Below are positions 20,503 to 30,374 of a DNA stretch of 64,000 nt, piece after piece. Origin of the DNA: Candidatus Wolfebacteria bacterium GW2011_GWE2_44_13 (GTDB lineage: Bacteria > Patescibacteriota > Minisyncoccia > UBA6257 > UBA9933); contig LCHW01000001.1 in the NCBI GenBank assembly GCA_001000675.1, forward strand, positions 289,424-353,423. Direction: 5' to 3'. The notes under the pieces were generated by a model that saw nothing but the letters and a program-made list of their open reading frames with translations, had not been told where the DNA came from and ran no database searches. Made by a program: the position numbers and the translations under genes. Every line of letters starts with the position of its first letter. Within the stretch, counting starts at the first letter, position 1.

Positions 20503-22281
20503 ATGATACACCAAGCACTTATCGATGTAGTAAAAAGCCAATTAGGCGGAGGCGTAAGTGAAACGGAGGTAAGAGAATTTTTGCTAAGACGGGGGACAAG
20601 TGATGAGGAAATACAGGAGATTTTTGAACTTATTTCTCCCGACGCTCCGACATTACGCGAAATTCCTCTTGAGCCGGTTGAGCAGACTATCCCGACACTC
20701 GATCCAATAATAGAGCCTGTTGTTGCGGAGATTCCTACCCCTGAGCCAGTAGTAGCGGCTCCTATTGTTGCCGACATCCCTGCTCAGTCTGTAGCGCATG
20801 GCGTAGTCCGCGATATTCCCCCTATTTCTCCTAGTGTTCCTTTTGCTATGACAAATGGCACACAGCCGCTTGTAGCGTCGATTCCGGCCTCAATGACAGA
20901 ATCTTTGACTGTTGCCACCTCGGAAGCTCAGCCAATTGAAGAAAAAAGTAAAAAGAAGCGGATTGCGCTTATCACAGGCCTTATTGGTGGTATCGTTATT
21001 CTCGGTGCGAGTGGGTGGTTTGCCTATTCTGTCTTTCTCGCTTCGCCCGAAAAGGTTTTAGACGTAATGATGTTGAATCTTCGCGATGTCCGTTCGGGTG
21101 CATTTTCTGGTGAAGTAACACTACAGACAAACGCATTACTCGATTCGCTTACTTCGGCAACATCCACACGCGATAGTCAGTTTGCACCCTTATTTGCGAT
21201 TGACGGAGCGGTGACCATTCGTGCGAAAGCATCGGGTGCTATTGATATGATCGATAGCACAAATAAAAAATCTTATTTTATCAGCGAGTTATCAATGGAT
21301 AAATGGCCGATGGGAGATTTTATCCTGGGTGCCGAATATCGCAATGTTGCTCAACGAACATACGTACAGATCAAAGACGTTCCCGATCTTGGATTCTTTA
21401 GCCTAAGCTTTTTAAAGAACAGCTGGTTTATGCTTGAAAATACAGATGTTGCTGCTCAGCTTGGAACAGAAGAGCGCGCGGCGTTAACGGAGGAACAACG
21501 AGGTCAATTGATTGATGCATGGAGAGAAAATCGTTTTCTATTGGTTAACGCAACGCTTCCCGCAGAAGATATTGAAGGGGTTGCCACTCGGCACTACGCG
21601 CTAACACTTGATAAAGAAGCTTTTGTGTCATGGATTATTACCGCTAACGCTATTATGCAGAATCCGCCTACCGATCAAGGTTCGCTTGCTAAGCAGCTTG
21701 ATTCGTTGACGATTAATACATTTGAACTATGGGTTGGACGTCGCGATAGGTTGCCGCACAAATTGCTTTTAGAGGCAACAATGCGCGATACAAGTGACGC
21801 AAGTAAAACATCCGCGATTTCGATTGCTCTTACGGGAAAAGATTTTAATAAGCCCGTGGACGTGATTGTGCCGGAAGATGCAAAATCATTTGAAGAAGTG
21901 CTGCAGGGTATCTTTGGACAAATGTTAGGAGGACAAGAGGCTAAGGTTTCGTCTTCGACAACGCCACAAGTGCGCAATACGCAACGAAAGAAAGACGTTA
22001 CGATAATTGCCGATGCAATTAAGAAAAATATAGCACAAAATAATGGAACGTTTGTGTGTGCTACGGGTGTGCTTCCGCAAAAAGCAACCTTTATTGGGAA
22101 AGATGGATATGATGTTGAGCCATGTATTCGCTCGATTACATTGCCGACTTTGCCCAAAGATCCTACGAAAGGAACGGCTACTATAACTGGATATTCATTG
22201 TTTTATGATGCAAAAACGAATAAGTTAACGGTGCGTGCTCCGTATGCGGAGTTAGGGGTAAAAATCAGTATTACTAAGTAA
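20503..22281 (+). CDS. Single-pass membrane protein: N-terminal helical domain, Pro-rich linker, TM, extracellular domain, C-terminal pilin-like domain
   Basis: TM ~155-177; C-terminal RNTQRKKDVTIIADAI...C...C...LPKDP resembles CPR pilin heads. Confidence 0.6.
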   Translation: MIHQALIDVVKSQLGGGVSETEVREFLLRRGTSDEEIQEIFELISPDAPTLREIPLEPVEQTIPTLDPIIEPVVAEIPTPEPVVAAPIVADIPAQSVAHGVVRDIPPISPSVPFAMTNGTQPLVASIPASMTESLTVATSEAQPIEEKSKKKRIALITGLIGGIVILGASGWFAYSVFLASPEKVLDVMMLNLRDVRSGAFSGEVTLQTNALLDSLTSATSTRDSQFAPLFAIDGAVTIRAKASGAIDMIDSTNKKSYFISELSMDKWPMGDFILGAEYRNVAQRTYVQIKDVPDLGFFSLSFLKNSWFMLENTDVAAQLGTEERAALTEEQRGQLIDAWRENRFLLVNATLPAEDIEGVATRHYALTLDKEAFVSWIITANAIMQNPPTDQGSLAKQLDSLTINTFELWVGRRDRLPHKLLLEATMRDTSDASKTSAISIALTGKDFNKPVDVIVPEDAKSFEEVLQGIFGQMLGGQEAKVSSSTTPQVRNTQRKKDVTIIADAIKKNIAQNNGTFVCATGVLPQKATFIGKDGYDVEPCIRSITLPTLPKDPTKGTATITGYSLFYDAKTNKLTVRAPYAELGVKISITK

Positions 22282-22285
22282 AACT

Positions 22286-22621
22286 ATGGATAAACAAAAA
22301 CTAGTTGCAATAGGGAAAGATCAATTAAAAGGCGGGATTGCAATCGACCAAGTGCGCGAGTTGCTAACATATCGCGGTGTGGAAGAAAAGGACGTTGAAG
22401 AGATTATGCAGGAAGTGCTTGCTGACGAGAGCGCGCGTCCAGAGCAGATAAGTGGCAGCGCTGTGGTTGATAAAACAGACGCCGCATTGCTCGATGTTTC
22501 GGCGGACGCACCGCTTAATCCAGTGGCTGCAAAGCAGGAACGTACGATTATTTTACTTGCAACGATTGGGGCGGTTATCGTTGCTATCGCAGGATCGGTT
22601 GTCTATTTTCTGTATTTTTGA
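22286..22621 (+). CDS. Small tail-anchored membrane protein sharing the N-terminal domain of the upstream gene
   Basis: KDQLKGGIAIDQVRELLTYRG vs KSQLGGGVSETEVREFLLRRG. Confidence 0.65.
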   Translation: MDKQKLVAIGKDQLKGGIAIDQVRELLTYRGVEEKDVEEIMQEVLADESARPEQISGSAVVDKTDAALLDVSADAPLNPVAAKQERTIILLATIGAVIVAIAGSVVYFLYF

Positions 22622-22680
22622 GGCCTAATAAGGCGTTTTTCGGAGAAATATAAGATACACTCCTGCAGAGCGCAGGTTTG

Positions 22681-22709
22681 TTGACATTTTAATGGTCTTC
22701 AGGTATCTT
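22681..22709 (+). promoter_or_regulatory. Sigma70 promoter of rplU (leaderless geometry)
   Basis: TTGACA-17bp-TATCTT, 8 nt before ATG. Confidence 0.6.
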
Positions 22710-22717
22710 TAAGTGAT

Positions 22718-23041
22718 ATGAAATTCGCAGTAATCGAAACAGGGGGAAAGCAATATAAGGTTTCCGCCGGACAAAAACTGAAGGTGGAGAAAATGGACGT
22801 CGAAATTGGCGCACAGTTTTCTTTTGACAAGGTTTTACTTGTTGCAGATGAGCAAAAGGATGGCGCCGATACCACTATTGGAACCCCATACGTTGCCGAT
22901 GTTAAAGTTGGTGCAACCGTACTAAGCAAGGATCGCGATGATAAAAAAATCGTATTCCGCTATCACAACAAGAACCGCTATCGAAAGTTTAAGACACACC
23001 GACAGCACTATATAGAGGTGGAGATTAACACCATCGGTTAA
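22718..23041 (+). CDS. rplU: 50S ribosomal protein L21
   Basis: FAVIETGGKQYKV...HRQHY. Confidence 0.96.
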   Translation: MKFAVIETGGKQYKVSAGQKLKVEKMDVEIGAQFSFDKVLLVADEQKDGADTTIGTPYVADVKVGATVLSKDRDDKKIVFRYHNKNRYRKFKTHRQHYIEVEINTIG

Positions 23042-23162
23042 ATTGCTCGCTCTTTTGTGGCCTACTGTGTTACGGGGCCCCATCGATTCGGTCGCAGTAC
23101 TTCTGTACAGCTCTCTCGTCGATTTCCCCGTGCCTTGTATTCCATCAAAATATCAAGCAATT
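23041..23162. repeat. Structured intergenic element, family A copy 1
   Basis: Long imperfect hairpin aattgct...agcaatt, homologous to 52994-53119 with compensatory changes. Confidence 0.75.
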
Positions 23163-23247
23163 TGATAAAAAATCGTCAGCTCACTAGGCTGGCGATTTTT
23201 TGTAATGAAAGAAAATTATAGGCAAAAACGTAGTATACTGTATCTAT

Positions 23248-23838
23248 ATGATTGACCACGATTCATACGAGGAAAAATCCGATACAGAGTTGGTCGCATT
23301 AACCTTGCAAGACCGCAATGTATACGCGTATTTAATCCGTCGATATGAGATTCCGCTTGTGCGTTATGTGCGTCGGATCTCGGGATATTCTGATGACGAT
23401 ATCGCGGATATTCTGCAAGACGCATTTATTGGGGCGTATCGTAATTTAAATGATTTCGACACTTCGTTGAAATTTTCCTCGTGGATATATCGAATTGTGC
23501 ATAATGAAACAATATCGCACCACCGAAAGAGGCAAACACGACCACAAACCGTTTTTGTGGAAGAGGGAAGTGATTTGTTTGAATCGCTTGCATCGGAAGT
23601 GGATGTACCTCGGGACGTAGATCAAGCGTTAGTTGCGCAGCGTATCCGAGCAATTCTCGACACTATGGATGCAAAGTATCGAGATGTGCTGGTGCTTAAA
23701 TTTCTCGAGGATAAAGATTATCGAGAAATATCCGATATTTTGCAAAAGCCTATGGGGACAGTTGCTACATTAATTAATCGTGCGAAGAAACAGTTCAAGG
23801 AAAAGGTTGAGCATGATGTCGCGATATCGTCGACATAA
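23248..23838 (+). CDS. ECF RNA polymerase sigma factor
   Basis: DILQDAFIGAY, FSSWIYRI, YREISDILQKPMGTVATLINRAK. Confidence 0.93.
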   Translation: MIDHDSYEEKSDTELVALTLQDRNVYAYLIRRYEIPLVRYVRRISGYSDDDIADILQDAFIGAYRNLNDFDTSLKFSSWIYRIVHNETISHHRKRQTRPQTVFVEEGSDLFESLASEVDVPRDVDQALVAQRIRAILDTMDAKYRDVLVLKFLEDKDYREISDILQKPMGTVATLINRAKKQFKEKVEHDVAISST

Positions 23839-23845
23839 CACTACT

Positions 23846-24634
23846 ATGAAAGATTATTCAAAAGATATTTTGCAAACATTACAAAACAAGCAGATTGAAC
23901 CGCTTCCACGGTGGGTGTTTTTAGCTCGTCAAATTGCAATCATTAGCGCCTTCGTACTCTCTGTGGTTATTGGAGGTATTTCTGTTTCCGTCATCCTTTC
24001 TTCATTGTCTGAGGTTGCCGATTTTGGTATGGGGCGGATAATGCGTATGCATCCGGGGCCATTCTTATTTACCTATTTGCCCTACATTTGGGTTGTTGTC
24101 ATGGGGCTGTTTAGTATTTCCGCATACATGGAGATGCGACACACAAAAGGCGGATATCGATATCAATCCATTACTATCGTAGGCGCAAGTATTTTAGCGA
24201 GCTTGCTACTCGGAGTGGCGTTTCATACTGTTGGCATGGGGCGATTTGTTGATCGTCGGGTTTCAGAAGCAATCCCACAGTATCGCGGGCTTGATGCACG
24301 GAAGATGCACTTATGGATGCAACCGCAGATGGGCATGCTCGCAGGACGTATTGTTTCAGGGAATGCCACGACGACATTTGTTCTCGAAGATTTTTCCGGC
24401 ACACAATGGATTGTAGAAAGTGCTGATGCGGTGGTGCGTGGATCAATTGAAGGGACTTCTGGAGAACGTATTCGCGCGGCCGGTACTATTATCCGAGCGG
24501 GTGTTTTTCGCGCAACCGAACTATTTCCTTGGGAGCGAAACGGAATGATGCAGGGGGGTATGCGACCCGTAACTGACATTGAACAACGAGGCATGTTATT
24601 GCGTGAAAGAAATATGCGCGGTATGCCGTATTAA
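23846..24634 (+). CDS. Membrane protein, putative anti-sigma factor
   Basis: Directly follows the ECF sigma; 3 TM helices then an extracellular domain. Confidence 0.6.
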   Translation: MKDYSKDILQTLQNKQIEPLPRWVFLARQIAIISAFVLSVVIGGISVSVILSSLSEVADFGMGRIMRMHPGPFLFTYLPYIWVVVMGLFSISAYMEMRHTKGGYRYQSITIVGASILASLLLGVAFHTVGMGRFVDRRVSEAIPQYRGLDARKMHLWMQPQMGMLAGRIVSGNATTTFVLEDFSGTQWIVESADAVVRGSIEGTSGERIRAAGTIIRAGVFRATELFPWERNGMMQGGMRPVTDIEQRGMLLRERNMRGMPY

Positions 24635-24718
24635 TAAATAAGAACAACGGTCAAGAACTACAACGTGCACATTGTGGAATCGTGCGACCGTGTTCGATAT
24701 TCATTTTTACTTTTTATT

Positions 24719-25159
24719 ATGAACAAGAAACTTATATTAGGAGTTGCGGGGCTGGCGATTGTTGCAGGCGTTGTTGGTATCGCAACAAGCACGACCTACG
24801 CTGCTCGCGGTGGTAGAATGATGGGAGGAAATAATGCTACTTCGACGGTTGCTATTGCAGCACAGCGAGACGCTATGACAGCCCATCGTGATGCAGTTAG
24901 CAAAGCAATTGCTGCAGGGGATTATACCGCATGGAAAACAGCCATGAGTACACTTCCAGGTAACGGACGTGGAATCGATATGATGAGTGGTATTACCGAG
25001 GCAAATTTCTCTCGATTCGTTGAGATGCATAACCTTATGACGCAGGCAGACGCTATTCGCACTGAGCTTGGCCTCGGAGAACGAGGAAATATGCAGGGTG
25101 GTATGCATGGACGTGGGCAAGGCATGGGTATGCAGATGCGGACGGCTGTCAATCAATAA
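24719..25159 (+). CDS. Secreted Met/Gly/His-rich protein
   Basis: Signal peptide MNKKLILG; GDYTAWK core; GMHGRGQGMGMQM tail. Confidence 0.7.
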   Translation: MNKKLILGVAGLAIVAGVVGIATSTTYAARGGRMMGGNNATSTVAIAAQRDAMTAHRDAVSKAIAAGDYTAWKTAMSTLPGNGRGIDMMSGITEANFSRFVEMHNLMTQADAIRTELGLGERGNMQGGMHGRGQGMGMQMRTAVNQ

Positions 25160-25235
25160 GAAAAATAAATAATAAAAAATACGAAGCGTGGGGCTTCGTA
25201 TTTTTATGTTGGAGGAAGTGGCATACTCTTATATT

Positions 25236-25808
25236 ATGAATAATTATAAAAATGGGTTTGCTCCAATTTTTGTTATCTTACTGATTGTTGTTGCGGTTTT
25301 GGCTATCGGTAGCGGTGCATATTATATAGGGAGTAAGAAAAACAGTAAAGGAGGAGAATCTCCTGAGATTATTATTCCGACCACTCAAATAAACGAACAA
25401 ACGAATCTTGTAGATGTGCCTATAAATCAACAAAACACAACAACTCAGCAAGATGCTTCGATAGGTCAAGAAACCGCAACCCCAATAATTCCCAGTTTTT
25501 CCCCAGTCTCCGTTAATTCAAAAATATATACGGGACCATATCATGATTCCAGTGGTCCAGTTTCAGTAGCATACAACACAAAGGTTTCGATTAGCTGGAC
25601 TTCATCTACTTCGTCTGGAGATAAAAGTCAAAAATGCTATGCAGCATATGATAATGGTGGCGCAAATAAAGAGAAAATAACTCTTGACGGGCGTTATGGA
25701 GTCTTCTCAACCAAACCACTCATAAAGGATACGGAAGTCACTATTGCTTGCATTGATCAAAATGGAAATATTGGAAGCGACATCATTGTTATCAACATTA
25801 CGCGTTAA
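25236..25808 (+). CDS. Surface protein with prepilin-like N-terminus
   Basis: MNNYKNG|FAPIFVILLIVV class-III-like signal; AT-rich. Confidence 0.6.
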   Translation: MNNYKNGFAPIFVILLIVVAVLAIGSGAYYIGSKKNSKGGESPEIIIPTTQINEQTNLVDVPINQQNTTTQQDASIGQETATPIIPSFSPVSVNSKIYTGPYHDSSGPVSVAYNTKVSISWTSSTSSGDKSQKCYAAYDNGGANKEKITLDGRYGVFSTKPLIKDTEVTIACIDQNGNIGSDIIVINITR

Positions 25809-26012
25809 TTGGTGAGGTAAATAAGATAAAAAGCAATTTATTTAAAAGTTTAAAGTGGATAAGTACCTTTAGCGCGACAACATAGAACAAGTTATCTAAA
25901 AGGTGACTTTGTTTTCTGCTATTTTACGTGACTGGTGCTAGGGGGCCATGTGGGAACTTTTTTAAAATACTAATATTATACAAAAACATAATTTTCGTAT
26001 ATAGTATTAAAA

Positions 26013-26714
26013 ATGGAAAAAGACGTAACTCAAAATTTTACGTGGAAAGCCGCGTTCCGAAAATTATTTTTGGCAATAGTATGGTTTATAATGTTGTCGA
26101 TCATTGGGCTTGTGATCCTCGGGGTTATAATGGGCGGCTCTAAAGATGGCGGTGAAAACTGGGGACCGGGTCTCGGACTTGCTTTAATATTTGTTGCGGT
26201 TGTCCTTCCAATATCGGCCCTTATTGCTATTTTAGTAGTTTCTGTTAAATCCCCAAAGGGAACTCGGCTGAAATATTTTTTTGCACTAGCCCTATTTATA
26301 GGGGCATTGGCTGCGCTATGGGGGGCTGGGATGGTGGCAATAGTAAAAACTAAGGATATTCTTGGTTCTTCATCAACGATGTGTAAGCTCGAGCCATCTC
26401 AAGAGAAAAAGGATTACTGCTATAAAGAGCAGGCAAGAATTAATAAAGATCTGACTATATGCGAACAATCATCTACTCAAGATAGTTGTATCGATGCTTA
26501 TTATTTTGACTTATCTCGGGCGGGAAATAATATTGATTTTTGTAAACAATCACCAAGGCCAGATAAATGCTTCTACGACAATATCAAATTCAGGGCAGAC
26601 TATAACTTGTTTCTAGATAAAAATATCGAAACATATAAGTCAATATGTAATTCTATTGGCGGAGTACAGCTGAAGAATGGCTGTATAGAGTTGTTAAATG
26701 AAAACTTCAAGTAA
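26013..26714 (+). CDS. Membrane protein with Cys-rich extracellular repeats
   Basis: 3 TM then KDYCY..ICEQ..DSCI..FCKQ..DKCF..ICNSI..NGC repeats. Confidence 0.7.
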   Translation: MEKDVTQNFTWKAAFRKLFLAIVWFIMLSIIGLVILGVIMGGSKDGGENWGPGLGLALIFVAVVLPISALIAILVVSVKSPKGTRLKYFFALALFIGALAALWGAGMVAIVKTKDILGSSSTMCKLEPSQEKKDYCYKEQARINKDLTICEQSSTQDSCIDAYYFDLSRAGNNIDFCKQSPRPDKCFYDNIKFRADYNLFLDKNIETYKSICNSIGGVQLKNGCIELLNENFK

Positions 26715-26750
26715 GCAAAGAAAAATCGCCTTATTGGCGATTTTTCTTAA

Positions 26751-26776
26751 TGGGCTGGCGGTCATGGATTCGAACC
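26751..26776 (-). pseudogene. Isolated tRNA 3' fragment (T-loop + acceptor strand; Gln-like, att-site-like)
   Basis: Minus strand ggttcgaatccatgaccgccagccca, overlapping the recR stop; no 5' half nearby. Confidence 0.65.
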
Positions 26777-27375
26777 TAAATTCTTCGTTCTAGCGCTTGC
26801 TCAAGGGTGTCTTCATCGGCGAATTCTATTTCTCCACCGGTTGGAATGCCTCGGCCGAGGCGAGTGAACTTTTTCGCATACCCTTCGAGCTCATTTTTGA
26901 TAACCATGGCGTTTAGGTCGCCATATGTTGTTGGGTTGGTTGCGATAATTATTTCTTCTGCCTGTCCGTCTAGCTTCTTCTGAATAACACTTTTTAAATG
27001 TCCCATGCGTAATCGTTGTGTTGCGTCGAGAATACCTCCTTTGGTGAGCTCGCCGATAATAAGATAGCGCCCTGTAAACTTTCGTGTGCGTTCAATGGAC
27101 ATCAAGTCCGTCTCTTTTTCGACGATCATAATTGTTTCTTGTGCGCGATTTGGATTTTCACAAATAGTGCAAAGATTTTCTTCGTTGGAATGGATAAAAA
27201 AACAATTTGTGCATACTTTTATTGAGCTGAGATCTACGATTGCGCGTGCCATTTCGTTTATCTTACTCTTGCCGCTACTGATAAGAAAAAAAGCAAGCCG
27301 TGTTGCTTGGCGGGGTCCTATGGCAGGTAGTTTTGCAAATACGTCGATGAAGTTGCGAATTTGTTGGGGAAGCAT
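26776..27375 (-). CDS. recR: Recombination mediator RecR
   Basis: LPAIGPRQATRLA HhH, CxxC..CxxC, TOPRIM EIIIATNPT, GIPTGGEIEFAD. Confidence 0.96.
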   Translation of the reverse strand: MLPQQIRNFIDVFAKLPAIGPRQATRLAFFLISSGKSKINEMARAIVDLSSIKVCTNCFFIHSNEENLCTICENPNRAQETIMIVEKETDLMSIERTRKFTGRYLIIGELTKGGILDATQRLRMGHLKSVIQKKLDGQAEEIIIATNPTTYGDLNAMVIKNELEGYAKKFTRLGRGIPTGGEIEFADEDTLEQALERRI

Positions 27376-27424
27376 GGGGGATAGCTCGTTAGAAGGGAAG
27401 CTTATTAGCGAATACGCTCGAGAG

Positions 27425-27498
27425 TGTCACCCCGGCGGAGACCGGGGTCCAGTTTTTTAAACCTATACTTCTAGATTCCGGCCTCCGCCGGAATGACA
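27425..27498. repeat. TGTCA-tagged REP-like palindrome dimer
   Basis: tgtcaccccggcggagaccggggtccag ... ctagattccggcctccgccggaatgaca. Confidence 0.8.
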
Positions 27499-27518
27499 CC
27501 CTCTTGGGTTTATATTTT

Positions 27519-28862
27519 TTAAATCGTATGTACGGTATCTACCTCGGTAAAAGAAACCTTTTCTGGATTCCACAAAAGAGGAACATCTCCGAGCGGACCG
27601 TTACGATGTTTAGATACAATAATGGCTGCCTTATTTTTTTCTTCTGCGGACATAAGATCTTTGTTATCTCGATTGTATCGATGGATAAACATAACGATGT
27701 CCGCGTCTTGTTCCCATGATCCTGTTTCACGAAGGTCGGAAAGTTTTGGCTCGCCACCGCGAGATTCGATATTACGGCTGAGCTGTGATAGTGCAAGCAC
27801 GGGAACGTTTAATTCACGAGCAAGGCCTTTGATGCCATGACTGATTTCGGTAAATTGCTGTACGCTGTTTTCGTTGTGTCTTCCTGGCTGAATAAGCTGG
27901 ACGTAGTCTATGACAATCATGTCGAGGTCATGTTCCATCTTTAACTTTCGCGCCATGGAGCGGATTTGTAATACAGTTGGCGACGGGGTGTCGTCGATGT
28001 ATATCTTCATGCGTGATAGACGGTCGAGCGCCGCTTGTATCATCTGGAAATCCATTTCGTCGGTTATGCGGCCTGAACGAAGGTTCCACAACGGAACGCC
28101 AGATTCTGTAGAAATGAGACGATCGATAAGTTGCTCCTTGGACATTTCGAGCGAGAACACGGCAACTGAAGCGCCTGTCTTTGCGGCACCGCGAACCATG
28201 TCGAGCGTTACTGCAGTTTTACCCATGGATGGACGAGCGCCGAGGATGACCATGTCTGATTTTTGAAACCCTGAAAGGAGGTCATCAAGCCCCTTGAAGC
28301 CCGAGCTTGTGCCTGAAAGGCCTTGCATGCCCAAATTCTTTTCCATGCGCTCGTAGGCCGCTTTAAGGTGGTCAGAGATTGGGGTGAATGCGTATGTCTT
28401 TGATTTTTGATTGATTGCAAAAATTTTCTGCTCAATCATATCGAGCATTTCCTCGGGCTCTTCTTGGTTCTGGAATACGTCTTCGCTAATACGGGCTGCG
28501 GTGGTTAATAGCTCTCGCAACACTTTCTTTTGACGCACAATGCCTCCGTAGTGGTCTACGTGCGCGGCAGAAGGGACGGTGTTAATAAGTTCAGTTAAAT
28601 AGGACGTACCACCCACGGTGTCCATCTGATTTTTGTCCTTTAGCTTAGTGCTAACGGTTAAAATATCGATGGGCTGATTTTTTTCGAACAATTCAACGAT
28701 TGATTGATAGATCTTTTGGTGTGCAGGAACATAAAAATCCTTCTCTTCAAGGAAGTCTACGACGCGTAAGACAGCGTTTTTGTCCAACATTAATGAGCCG
28801 AGAACAGATTTTTCGGCGTCGAGATCTTGCGGCGGTAATTTTGGATTTAAGCCTTCTTTCAT
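27519..28862 (-). CDS. dnaB: Replicative DNA helicase DnaB
   Basis: PPQDLDAEKSVLG, GARPSMGKT, VIDYVQL, LSQLSR, EQDAD, KHRNGP. Confidence 0.97.
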   Translation of the reverse strand: MKEGLNPKLPPQDLDAEKSVLGSLMLDKNAVLRVVDFLEEKDFYVPAHQKIYQSIVELFEKNQPIDILTVSTKLKDKNQMDTVGGTSYLTELINTVPSAAHVDHYGGIVRQKKVLRELLTTAARISEDVFQNQEEPEEMLDMIEQKIFAINQKSKTYAFTPISDHLKAAYERMEKNLGMQGLSGTSSGFKGLDDLLSGFQKSDMVILGARPSMGKTAVTLDMVRGAAKTGASVAVFSLEMSKEQLIDRLISTESGVPLWNLRSGRITDEMDFQMIQAALDRLSRMKIYIDDTPSPTVLQIRSMARKLKMEHDLDMIVIDYVQLIQPGRHNENSVQQFTEISHGIKGLARELNVPVLALSQLSRNIESRGGEPKLSDLRETGSWEQDADIVMFIHRYNRDNKDLMSAEEKNKAAIIVSKHRNGPLGDVPLLWNPEKVSFTEVDTVHTI

Positions 28863-29012
28863 AGTTTGGGTAGACACTTCCGTAATGTTTCTATTGTAGG
28901 GCAAGAGTTGCCCAGGGGCAAGGGTAAATGAATATGCACAGGCTGTGAGCGGGCTATTTGCCGCTCGTTTTATGTATTGCTTTTTAGGTGTAAATGTTCT
29001 TTAATATCCCTA

Positions 29013-29624
29013 ATGATGAGTAAATTATATCTCAAAGTTCCTCGGCAGGTTCGTCTGTTCGTATTGCTACTCATAGCAATGTTTTTGGTATATTTTGTTG
29101 GGCGATTTTTACTTGCCCAAACAGCTACTGTTCCGGAGAGTTTTACGCAAGCACGACAGCAAGCTTCGCTTATTGCGCAAGATATTGTAGGAATGTCTAA
29201 AGACTCCGCAATGCGTGTTAGCGCTATTTCTACACTTAATAATGATGGAAAATATGCTGAGGCACTTGCGTTGGTTACGCAAGAGCTTGAGCGAAATAGA
29301 CAGATTCGCGATAAGGCAATCGCATTGTCTGAGCAGTTGCAGGCCATGACATTAAACGTTTCTGCTATTGAACCAAAAACGTCTGCTCAGGCCGCGCTCG
29401 GGGCGGTGAGTACAGAAGTAACGCTTATTGGGCACTTGCTTACGTATAACGACTACCTTAATCAGCTCCTCGGGATCATCAAAGGAAAAATCGTGCGAGA
29501 CCCAGAAGCGTTATCATCTGATGTCTCTGAGTTGGTAAAAAAGATTAACGATGAGTCAATCGTTGTAAATGAGCTGAACGAAACGTTCAATGATCAGCTC
29601 GATACATTTGATCGAGGGTTTTAA
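29013..29624 (+). CDS. Hypothetical single-TM helical protein
   Basis: N-terminal TM, helical/coiled-coil remainder; start uncertain. Confidence 0.65.
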   Translation: MMSKLYLKVPRQVRLFVLLLIAMFLVYFVGRFLLAQTATVPESFTQARQQASLIAQDIVGMSKDSAMRVSAISTLNNDGKYAEALALVTQELERNRQIRDKAIALSEQLQAMTLNVSAIEPKTSAQAALGAVSTEVTLIGHLLTYNDYLNQLLGIIKGKIVRDPEALSSDVSELVKKINDESIVVNELNETFNDQLDTFDRGF

Positions 29625-29801
29625 TATGTGTAAATAAAACTCGCTCGCATGAGCGGGTTTTATTTTTGCGTAAATGCTCCTTTTAAAAAGGTAACTGTGA
29701 TATACTATATATTATTCATAAAAAATTCCGTTGCGTATAGTATATGGTAACCTATGCGAAGGTAGGCGATAGTGGTTGGAGCGGTTCACTAGCGTATAAT
29801 T

Positions 29802-30356
29802 ATGAACAACATAAATGAAAAATTAGCGCAGATGTCAGGCGGGGAGGTGATTGCAATTGACGTGCCGGCAGATGGCATCATGCGTGCTAATGTGGAAATC
29901 ATAAAGAATCTACATGCGCAAGGGTATGTAGGTGTGTACATTGCATTGTCTAAGAATTATCAAGAGCTTGCGCAAATATTTGATTACGCAGGCATTGACA
30001 AGACGAAGCTCTACATTGTCGACGGTATTTCGAATGTATATGGAAGTGCTCTATCAAAGTTGCCAAATGTGAAATACGTCGATAGCCCATCTGCAATCAA
30101 GACTATTGATGGCGCAGTTAAAGATTTTCTCGATACAATACAAGGAGATAAAAAGTTTGTTTTGCTGGATTCTGCTACGGTACTATTACTGTACAATTCT
30201 TTTGAGCAGGTAGTGTCTTTGTGCGGCATGTTGTCGGAGAGAGCTAAAAAAGATCGGAGTGTTTGCATTATCATGTCTCTTTTCTTAGGGGTGCCAAATA
30301 AGAAAATGAGTGAAGGCCTAGTAGCCGTCGTTGATGAATTTGTTAGTTTCTCATAA
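29802..30356 (+). CDS. Inactive RecA/KaiC-like domain protein (DUF835/DUF7504-like)
   Basis: GVYIAL, LYIVDGIS, FVLLDSATVLLLYN; no Walker A. Confidence 0.6.
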   Translation: MNNINEKLAQMSGGEVIAIDVPADGIMRANVEIIKNLHAQGYVGVYIALSKNYQELAQIFDYAGIDKTKLYIVDGISNVYGSALSKLPNVKYVDSPSAIKTIDGAVKDFLDTIQGDKKFVLLDSATVLLLYNSFEQVVSLCGMLSERAKKDRSVCIIMSLFLGVPNKKMSEGLVAVVDEFVSFS

Positions 30357-30374
30357 ATCGGCTAACTCATAATC

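Noticed and set aside
29745-29795. Possible cyclic-dinucleotide riboswitch upstream of the signalling genes
   Set aside because: Only weak hairpins; conserved c-di-GMP riboswitch motifs not found.
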